Positions 57,129-64,000 of a stretch of 64,000 nt of DNA are shown in pieces. Location: positions 70,477 through 134,476 of the forward strand of contig DOEC01000021.1 in assembly GCA_003524085.1 (NCBI GenBank), written 5' to 3'. Position numbers and translations under genes: made by a program. The notes beneath the pieces are model-generated. The model was not told where the DNA came from and did no database searches. It saw nothing but the letters and a program-made list of their open reading frames with translations. Every line of letters begins with the position of its first letter. The stretch's first letter is position 1. The DNA comes from Bacillota bacterium. GTDB lineage: Bacteria; Bacillota_I; Bacilli_A; RF39; UBA660.

Positions 57129-58157
57129 ATGTTGGAAAGCAATGATAAGTATTTTGAAATATTAAACGATATCAAGAGAACTCTAGTTGTAACTAGAAAT
57201 AAAATAGTAGAAAATGCTAATAAGGAATTAATATTAATGTATTATAGTATTGGTTCAAAGTTAATTATGAATAATAAATGGGGTTCGTCATTTATAGATA
57301 AACTGGCAAGAGATTTAAAAATGGAATTTCCTACAATTAAAGGACTGTCTGCAAGAAATTTAAGGTATATGCAGAAATTTGCAAGTGAATATGATAATGA
57401 CGAATTTTTGCAAGGGGTCCTTGCAAAATTATCTTGGAATCACAACCAAATATTGATGGATAGGCTTAAAGACAAAGAAATTAGAAAGTGGTATGCAAAA
57501 GAAATACTGGAAAATAGCTGGTCAGTTTCAATATTGACTCACCAAATAGAAAGCAAATTGTATGAAAGACAAGCTATAATGGAAAATAAAACTTTTAACT
57601 TTGATAAAATAATTTCTTCACCTAATAATGAAAGAATGAAGGAACTATTAAAGAACCCTTATATTTTTGATTTTATAACAGCTGACAAAGAACTAAAGGA
57701 AGTGGATATAGAAAAAGAATTAACTTCTAATATAACTAAGTTATTATTAGAACTAGGTAGTGGTTTTGCTTTTGTTGGAAGGCAGTATCATTTAGAGATA
57801 GAAGACGAAGACTATTATATAGACTTACTGTTTTATAACCTAAAACTTAAAAGTTATGTTGTTATAGAACTTAAAACAACTAAATTTAAACCTGAATATA
57901 TTGGTAAACTTAACTTCTATTTAAATGCAGTGGATAAATTTGTTAAAAGTGAAGAAGATAATCCAACATTTGGAATACTTTTATGTAAGAGTAATAAAAA
58001 AATTACAGCAGAGTTATCTTTAAAAGACGTTAACAAGCCAATTGGTGTTAGTGAATATAAAATATTGTCTGAAATACCTGAATATCTAGAAAGCACCTTG
58101 CCTAGTATAGAAGATATTGAAAAAAGACTGGAAGCTAATGATATATACGAAATATAG
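57129..58157 (+). CDS. YhcG/DUF1016-family PDDEXK nuclease-like protein (paralog B).
   Basis: WGSSFIDKLARDLKMEFPTIKGLSARNLRYMQKFASEY and IDLLFYNLKLKSYVVIELK motifs. Confidence 0.6.
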   Translation: MLESNDKYFEILNDIKRTLVVTRNKIVENANKELILMYYSIGSKLIMNNKWGSSFIDKLARDLKMEFPTIKGLSARNLRYMQKFASEYDNDEFLQGVLAKLSWNHNQILMDRLKDKEIRKWYAKEILENSWSVSILTHQIESKLYERQAIMENKTFNFDKIISSPNNERMKELLKNPYIFDFITADKELKEVDIEKELTSNITKLLLELGSGFAFVGRQYHLEIEDEDYYIDLLFYNLKLKSYVVIELKTTKFKPEYIGKLNFYLNAVDKFVKSEEDNPTFGILLCKSNKKITAELSLKDVNKPIGVSEYKILSEIPEYLESTLPSIEDIEKRLEANDIYEI

Positions 58158-58247
58158 TAAGGTTGAAGCTAATAACATAAAATTTCTTTTAATTGACTTT
58201 TCTACCATTTTTGTTTATAATTAAGTTATGATAAGGAAGGTGCGCTG

Positions 58248-58883
58248 GTGAAGAAGAAAAAAGGTTTTACTTTAACTGAAATATTAGTAGTAATTGTATT
58301 AATTGGCGTAATAATGGCAATTGCTATACCTAGTGTAGTAGAAGTAAGAAAAAGAATTAATAAGAGATTACTTTCTGAAAAAAAGCAAGAAATACTAGTT
58401 GCAGCTCAACTTTATGGAAATGATAGAAAATTAACAACTGATACATATATTAATGTTTATACTTTATTAGAAGACTATATTAAAAGAGATGTTGACCCTA
58501 ACAATACTAACTGTAAAGGCTCTAATACAACAAATGGATGTATAATAAATCCAGTGGACGATACAAGTATGAATAATGATAGAATATTAATAAGAGTAAA
58601 CGGCAAAAGCTTAGTTGCTGTGTGGGATGATGGAAGTGTAATAGGTGGACTTGAACCATCAAATTTAGTAGAAATAGTAAAATCAAACTTAAATTGTACT
58701 GAACAAAATAAGAAAGTAGATGAAGGAAAATGTGTGTATGGTTTAGATAATACGACTGATCCAAATAATTATTTATACTATAGTGGAATAATGTGGAGAG
58801 TACTAGGAGTATATAAAATAGATAACAAAGAAGTTGCTAAACTAATATCAAATGATAATGTAGTTTGGGAAATAAGTGCTTAA
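58248..58883 (+). CDS. Type IV pilin / ComGC-like prepilin.
   Basis: KKKKG|FTLTEILVVIVLIGVIMAIAIP is a canonical class III prepilin leader with Glu at +5. Confidence 0.8.
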   Translation: MKKKKGFTLTEILVVIVLIGVIMAIAIPSVVEVRKRINKRLLSEKKQEILVAAQLYGNDRKLTTDTYINVYTLLEDYIKRDVDPNNTNCKGSNTTNGCIINPVDDTSMNNDRILIRVNGKSLVAVWDDGSVIGGLEPSNLVEIVKSNLNCTEQNKKVDEGKCVYGLDNTTDPNNYLYYSGIMWRVLGVYKIDNKEVAKLISNDNVVWEISA

Positions 58884-58951
58884 AAGCACTTTTAATTTTT
58901 GAATATTTGTGATAAAATAGAGAACAATTAATTTTGGAAAGGGGAAAAATT

Positions 58952-60253
58952 ATGAAAACAATATGTTTAGTAGGAAAACCTAATGTTGGTAAAAGTACTT
59001 TATTTAATAGACTTGTTGGAAAGAAAATATCTATAATTGAAGATATACCAGGTGTTACAAGAGATAGAATTTATAGTAAAGCTACATATAATGATACATC
59101 TTTTTATTTAATAGATACTGGTGGAATAGACTATAGTGAAGGAACTTTTAACGACGAGATAAAAGCGCAAGTAATGATAGGAATTGACGAAAGTGACGTT
59201 ATTATCTTTGTAGTGGATGGTAAAGAAGGAGTTACTTCTAATGATTTATTAATAAGAGATATGTTAAGAAAGACTAATAAAAAAGTAATCGTGGCAATTA
59301 ATAAAGTGGATAATAAACTTACTGAAGAGAATATTTATGACTTTTATACACTTGGATTTGACTATTATATTCCAATATCTGCAGAACATAATGTAGGAAT
59401 AAATAAACTTATGGAAGAGGCAACATCTGACTTTAATTTGGAAGAAGAAAGAGTTGATGATAGACTTAAATTTAGTGTAATAGGTAGACCTAATGTTGGT
59501 AAATCCAGTTTAGTAAATGCTTTGTTAAATGAAGACAGAGTAATAGTAAGTGATGTAGCTGGTACTACAAGAGACGCAATTGATACAACTTTAACTTATG
59601 ATAAAAATGAGTATGTTTTAATTGATACAGCTGGACTTAGAAAAAAAGGTAAGATATATGAGAGTGTAGAAAAGTATAGTTTACTAAGAAGTATGAAAGC
59701 AATTGATAGAAGTGACGTGTGTATTCTTGTAATTAATGCTTCAGAAGGTATAATTGAACATGATAAACATATTGCTGGATATGCAATTGAAGCAGGTAAA
59801 GCTTTAGTACTTGTGGTTAATAAATGGGATACAGTAGATAATAAAGATGAAGAAATGAAGTTATGGAAAAAGAAGATTAAAGATAATTTTCAATTTATGC
59901 CTTATGTTAAAGTATGCTTTTTAAGTGCTAAAACTAGAAAAAGAATAAATACACTTATGCCTTTAGTACTTGAAAGTTATGCTAATGCTACTAAAGAAAT
60001 AAAGACAAACGTTATAAATGAAATTATATTAGATGCATTTATAGAAACTCCACCACCATCTTATAAGGGTAGAAGACTTAAAATTTATTTTGCACATCAA
60101 AGTGGAACTAAGCCACCAAAATTTGATATAGAAGTTAATTCTAAAGGACTAATACACTTTAGTTATGAAAGATATTTAGAAAATAAGATAAGAAGTAATA
60201 TAGATTTTAGTGGTACGCCAATTATTCTTAACTTTAAAAATAAAGGCGAGTAA
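58952..60253 (+). CDS. der: GTPase Der (EngA), double GTP-binding domain.
   Basis: Two G-domains (GKPNVGKSTLFN and GRPNVGKSSLVN) plus a KH-like C-terminus. Start placed at ATG 58952 behind a GGAAAGGGG ribosome-binding site. Confidence 0.9.
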   Translation: MKTICLVGKPNVGKSTLFNRLVGKKISIIEDIPGVTRDRIYSKATYNDTSFYLIDTGGIDYSEGTFNDEIKAQVMIGIDESDVIIFVVDGKEGVTSNDLLIRDMLRKTNKKVIVAINKVDNKLTEENIYDFYTLGFDYYIPISAEHNVGINKLMEEATSDFNLEEERVDDRLKFSVIGRPNVGKSSLVNALLNEDRVIVSDVAGTTRDAIDTTLTYDKNEYVLIDTAGLRKKGKIYESVEKYSLLRSMKAIDRSDVCILVINASEGIIEHDKHIAGYAIEAGKALVLVVNKWDTVDNKDEEMKLWKKKIKDNFQFMPYVKVCFLSAKTRKRINTLMPLVLESYANATKEIKTNVINEIILDAFIETPPPSYKGRRLKIYFAHQSGTKPPKFDIEVNSKGLIHFSYERYLENKIRSNIDFSGTPIILNFKNKGE

Positions 60254-60364
60254 GTCTTGCATAAAGTTAAATAGTTTAGTATAATGTATATAGAGGAGAA
60301 ATCTTCATATAATAAAAAAGGAACATTTAATTTCACAGTTAAGTGTCACCTGTTGTTTGTAATT

Positions 60365-60401
60365 AAAAAAGCACCATCAATGGCGAATCAGGTGCTTTTT
60401 T
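60365..60401. terminator. Bidirectional rho-independent terminator (A-run/hairpin/T-run).
   Basis: aaaaaagcacc-atcaatggcgaatca-ggtgctttttt. Serves der on the plus strand and the small minus-strand ORF. Confidence 0.7.
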
Positions 60402-60425
60402 ATTTTTGTTTGATTATAATGAATA

Positions 60426-60479
60426 TTAATAAAAAATAATTATGATTAATGCTGTTATTAAGAAGTCTTTTTTTGACAT
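60426..60479 (-). CDS. 17-aa hydrophobic peptide (MSKKDFLITALIIIIFY), a candidate small membrane or toxin-like peptide.
   Basis: Perfect AGGAGGTGA ribosome-binding site 8 nt upstream, its own TTGATT-17-TATAAT promoter (minus strand, about 60510-60540) and a terminator immediately downstream. Confidence 0.4.
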   Translation of the reverse strand: MSKKDFLITALIIIIFY

Positions 60480-60766
60480 AATTATCACCTCCTAAAAGAA
60501 ACTCGGTGACACCTAACAAATTAAATATTCCATGTATAAATTATAACATAGTTGATAAGTTAAATCAATATAAAAAAGAACAAATTTTTGTGTATTTGCG
60601 TAACCTTATTTATCTAAGAATACATTGCAAATGGTTGCACTAAAAAAATAACTTGCAATTTAAGTAAAGTTACTGTATAATTAGTTATGTAAGTTTTTTC
60701 AAGGTCTTTAGATACTCCAACTTTTGACTATGATTAAACGGTTATATTATGAAAGGAGAAATTAAA

Positions 60767-61036
60767 ATGGCTTTAACAAAAGAAGTAAAATCTGCTATTG
60801 TAAAAGAATATCAAAGAGATGCAAAGGATACTGGTAGTGTTGAAGTTCAAGTTGCTATTTTAACTGAAGAAATTAAAGTTTTAACTGAACATTTAAAGGA
60901 ACATATCCATGACTTCCACTCAAAAAGAGGACTTTTACAAAAAGTAGGTAAAAGAAGAAGTTTATTAGATTATCTAAGGAAAACAGATGTTGTTAGATAT
61001 CGTGAACTTATTAGTAAATTAGGATTAAGAAAGTAG
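60767..61036 (+). CDS. rpsO: 30S ribosomal protein S15.
   Basis: [16 protein letters not shown]... 89 aa. AAAGGAG ribosome-binding site. TTGCAA-17-TATAAT promoter at about 60653-60681. Confidence 0.9.
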   Translation: MALTKEVKSAIVKEYQRDAKDTGSVEVQVAILTEEIKVLTEHLKEHIHDFHSKRGLLQKVGKRRSLLDYLRKTDVVRYRELISKLGLRK

Positions 61037-61081
61037 GCACTTTGTTTTAAGTGTCTATTTTTTTGGAAAGAAGGAAAATAT

Positions 61082-63238
61082 ATGAGAAAAGATTTTGAGT
61101 ATGAATTTTTAGGAAAGAAAATAGTAGTGGAAACTGGAGAACTTGCAAAACAAGCTAATGGAGCAGTTTTAGTTAGATATGAAGATACAGTAATACTTAG
61201 TACTGCTGTTATGAGTAATAACGTTAGTACTGCAGACTTTTTTCCACTTACAATACTATATCAAGAAAAATTATATTCAGTAGGTAAAATACCAGGTGGA
61301 TTTATAAAAAGAGAAGGCCGTCCAACTGATGCGGCTACATTAACTGCAAGAGTTATTGATAGACCAATAAGGCCAATGTTTGATGAAAACTTCAGAAATG
61401 AAGTGCAAGTTGTTAACACAGTGTTAAGTGTTGACAATGATTATACTCCAGAAATGACTGCACTTTTTGGAACAAGTTTAGCTCTTGGAATAAGTAGTAT
61501 TCCATTTGATGGACCAGTTGCAGGTGTTAAAGTTGGTAAAATTGACGGGGTACTTAAAGTTAATCCAACAGTAGAAGAGATGGAAAGAAGTACAATTGAT
61601 TTAACAGTTGCTGGTACTAAAAACGCTATAAACATGGTTGAAAGTGGTAGTAAAGAAGTATCAGAAGAAGAAATGTTAGAAGCCTTAATGTTTGGTCATG
61701 AACATATTAAAGAATTATGTTTAATACAAGAAGATATTATTAATGAAGTTGGTAAAGAAAAAATAAGTGTAGAACTTGCATCTCTTGACCCTGAAATAGT
61801 TAATGAAGTAGAAAGTGACATTAAGAATGATATGGTTATGGCTATCCAAATTAAAGACAAACTAGAAAAATATGCTAGAATTGACGAGTTAAAAGAAAGA
61901 GCAATAACTAATTATACAGAGAAACATGCTGAAAGTGAAACTTTAGAAAGCGAATTAAAGCAAGTTAAAAAGATAGCTGATAATATAGAAGCAACTGAAG
62001 TAAGAAGATTAATAACTGATGAGAAAGTAAGACCTGACGGAAGAGGTATGACTGAGATAAGAGAGTTATCTACAAGAAAAGACTTACTTCCAAGAACTCA
62101 CGGAAGTGCATTATTTACTCGTGGGCAAACTCAAGCACTTGCAATAACTACATTAGGTGCTTTAGGAGAACATCAAATACTTGACGGTATTATGCCAGAA
62201 GACGAGAAAAGATTTATGTTCCATTATAACTTCCCAGCATTTAGTGTTGGTGAAACTGGTAGATATGGTGCCCCTGGTAGACGTGAAATCGGTCATGGTG
62301 CACTTGCTGAAAGAGCACTACTTCAAGTAATGCCAGATGAAGCAGAATTTCCTTATACAGTTCGTGTAGTAAGTGAAGTACTTGAAAGTAATGGTTCATC
62401 ATCTCAAGCAAGTATATGTGCAGGATGCATGAGTTTAATGACTGCAGGTGTTCCAATAAAAGCACCAGTAGCTGGTATTGCAATGGGACTAATTACTGAA
62501 GACGGTACATGCGACTCAAACTACACAATACTTACTGATATACAAGGACTTGAAGATCATATGGGAGATATGGACTTTAAGGTAGCTGGTACTAGAAAAG
62601 GTATAACTGCACTTCAAATGGATATCAAAATTAAAGGTATTACAAAAAATATCTTCAAGGAAGCCCTAGCGCAAGCAAAAACTGCTAGAATGGAAATACT
62701 TGACGTTATGGAAAAAGAAATAGCTGAACCTAGAAAAGAATTAAGTCCTTATGCACCAAAGATTAAGACAATGCAGATTAATCCAGATAAGATTAAAGAT
62801 GTAATTGGTCGTGGTGGAGAAATGATTACTAAGATTATCCTAGAAAGTTCAGGTGTTAATACAGTTAACGATAAAGACGCTGTTAAAATTGATATAGAAG
62901 ATGATGGAAGAGTAATAGCATACCATACAGACTATGCAATAATTGATAAAGCGCTTGCTATGATAGAAGAAGTAGTAAGAGAAGTTGAAATTGGTAAAGT
63001 TTATACGGGTAAAGTTAAGACAATTGAAGACTTCGGATGCTTTGTAGAATTATGGCCTGGTTGTGAAGGACTTGTACACGTAAGTCAACTTGATGTAAAA
63101 CGTGTTGAGAAACCTAGCGATGTAGTTAAAGTAGGAGACGAAATCGTGGTAAAAGCAACTGGATTTGATAAACGTGGTAAATTAAATCTTTCAAGAAAAG
63201 AAGTATTAATGGGTAATAAAGACAAGGAAGAAAATTAA
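61082..63238 (+). CDS. pnp: Polynucleotide phosphorylase.
   Basis: Two RNase PH domains, KH domain and C-terminal S1 domain ([20 protein letters not shown]). Confidence 0.95.
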   Translation: MRKDFEYEFLGKKIVVETGELAKQANGAVLVRYEDTVILSTAVMSNNVSTADFFPLTILYQEKLYSVGKIPGGFIKREGRPTDAATLTARVIDRPIRPMFDENFRNEVQVVNTVLSVDNDYTPEMTALFGTSLALGISSIPFDGPVAGVKVGKIDGVLKVNPTVEEMERSTIDLTVAGTKNAINMVESGSKEVSEEEMLEALMFGHEHIKELCLIQEDIINEVGKEKISVELASLDPEIVNEVESDIKNDMVMAIQIKDKLEKYARIDELKERAITNYTEKHAESETLESELKQVKKIADNIEATEVRRLITDEKVRPDGRGMTEIRELSTRKDLLPRTHGSALFTRGQTQALAITTLGALGEHQILDGIMPEDEKRFMFHYNFPAFSVGETGRYGAPGRREIGHGALAERALLQVMPDEAEFPYTVRVVSEVLESNGSSSQASICAGCMSLMTAGVPIKAPVAGIAMGLITEDGTCDSNYTILTDIQGLEDHMGDMDFKVAGTRKGITALQMDIKIKGITKNIFKEALAQAKTARMEILDVMEKEIAEPRKELSPYAPKIKTMQINPDKIKDVIGRGGEMITKIILESSGVNTVNDKDAVKIDIEDDGRVIAYHTDYAIIDKALAMIEEVVREVEIGKVYTGKVKTIEDFGCFVELWPGCEGLVHVSQLDVKRVEKPSDVVKVGDEIVVKATGFDKRGKLNLSRKEVLMGNKDKEEN

Positions 63239-63262
63239 TTCTTCCTTTTTAAAGGAGAATGT

Positions 63263-63778
63263 ATGATAAATGTAGTTTTATATGAACCAGAAATACCAGC
63301 AAACACTGGAAATATTATGAGAACTTGTGTTGCAACAAATACTAAGTTACACTTAATTAAACCGTTGGGCTTTAGTTTAGAAGATAAATATGTTAAAAGA
63401 AGTGGAGTAAATTATATAGATAAGTGTGACTATACAGTTTATGAAAATATTGATGACTTCTTTAGTAAAAACAATGGAACTTTCTACTTTCTAACAAGAT
63501 ATGGTACTAAACCACACACTAGTTTTGACTATTCAAATAAAGAAGAGAACATCTATTTCTTCTTTGGAAAAGAAAGTACTGGAATTCCTTTAGATATACT
63601 AAAAGAACATTTAGATAATTGCATGAGAATACCTATGACTAGTAATGTGCGTGCATTAAACGTAAGTAACTCAGTTGCAGTAATGGTTTATGAAGCATTA
63701 AGACAACAAGACTTTAACGATTTGTTAAGATACGAACCACATAAAGATAAAGATATCATAGCGAATTATCACGAATAA
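63263..63778 (+). CDS. SpoU-family tRNA 2'-O-methyltransferase (TrmL/CspR-like).
   Basis: 171 aa. Motifs EPEIPANTGNIMRTC, FFFGKESTGIP and LNVSNSVAVMVYEA. Confidence 0.7.
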   Translation: MINVVLYEPEIPANTGNIMRTCVATNTKLHLIKPLGFSLEDKYVKRSGVNYIDKCDYTVYENIDDFFSKNNGTFYFLTRYGTKPHTSFDYSNKEENIYFFFGKESTGIPLDILKEHLDNCMRIPMTSNVRALNVSNSVAVMVYEALRQQDFNDLLRYEPHKDKDIIANYHE

Positions 63779-63821
63779 AAATGTTTTACAATTAAAGAAA
63801 AACATGATATAATTTAATCAT

Positions 63822-64000
63822 TAATTGCATGAAGAAGTAAAAGTAGTTTTATATCTAATTTATAGAGAGTTAACATTTGGTGGAAGTTAACAATTGGAAT
63901 AAAAATGAAATACATACTTTTTAGATTAATAGGTTACGCTTTATAGTAAATGAGTATAAAATAAGGTGGTACCACGAATATTTCGTCCTTTGGTAGCCAT
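63822..64000 (+). promoter_or_regulatory. T-box riboswitch leader (partial, runs off the window).
   Basis: Extended -10 promoter TGATATAAT at 63804-63812. AGAGAG box at 63864-63869. gttaac/gttaac stem with GGTGGAA loop. T-box sequence AAGGTGGTACCACG at 63963-63976, close to the consensus AGGGTGGTACCGCG. Confidence 0.55.

Noticed and set aside
1-64000. Search for mobile-element hallmarks (integrase, transposase, relaxase, terminal inverted repeats, tRNA genes) and for tRNA/rRNA genes.
   Set aside because: None were recognisable by eye. No tRNA-like GTTCGAATC or TPsiC motifs and no transposase or integrase motifs appear in any frame that I could detect. The absence is stated as an observation, not proof.

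Overview
The window is 64 kb of low-GC DNA (about 28-30% by eye) read with the standard genetic code (TGA, TAA and TAG all act as stops). Near-consensus sigma-A promoters and AGGAGG ribosome-binding sites point to a Firmicute. spoVS, a B. subtilis-type cotE and a SigH-like sigma factor make it a spore-forming, Clostridia-like chromosome. The right half (about 27-64 kb) is mostly conserved housekeeping: uvrA, a yvlD-like DUF360 gene, lgt, trxB, a TrmH-family methylase, a SigH-like sigma, an RNase J-family gene, a cysteine desulfurase next to thiI, topA, engB, der, rpsO, pnp and a SpoU methylase. Interspersed are Fic proteins, a lipoprotein/ABC locus, scattered type IV (pseudo)pilin genes, three YhcG/DUF1016 PDDEXK-nuclease paralogs (one decayed) and an unusual RlmN-like radical-SAM::dCMP-deaminase fusion. 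The left 27 kb is the notable part. It is one co-directional block of about 25 genes that joins a Tad/Flp-pilus-like module (CpaB-like, CpaF/TadA ATPase, TadB, TadC, small pilin-like, TadE-like, degenerate CpaE/TadZ-like) to a Gram-positive type-IV-secretion-like module (two VirB2/TrbC-like membrane proteins, a VirB6-like polytopic protein, a VirB3-like protein, a VirB4 ATPase split into two translationally coupled ORFs, a SpoIID-like plus papain-like-peptidase VirB1-type hydrolase and a bitopic VirB8-like candidate). Around these sit a 1221-aa Cys-rich surface protein, an Ig-repeat protein, two paralogous 217-aa anchored proteins, a membrane-anchored serpin and a copper-amine-oxidase-N-domain protein. 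No relaxase, coupling protein, integrase or att-like repeats are visible. I read it as a chromosomally fixed, hybrid envelope-spanning secretion or adhesion apparatus rather than a conjugative element. Other observations: a 3x40-bp tandem hairpin-repeat array after a fic gene, a candidate small RNA or leader, a 17-aa hydrophobic peptide gene sharing a bidirectional terminator with der, an RNase J with a degenerate metal motif, and a T-box leader running off the right edge.
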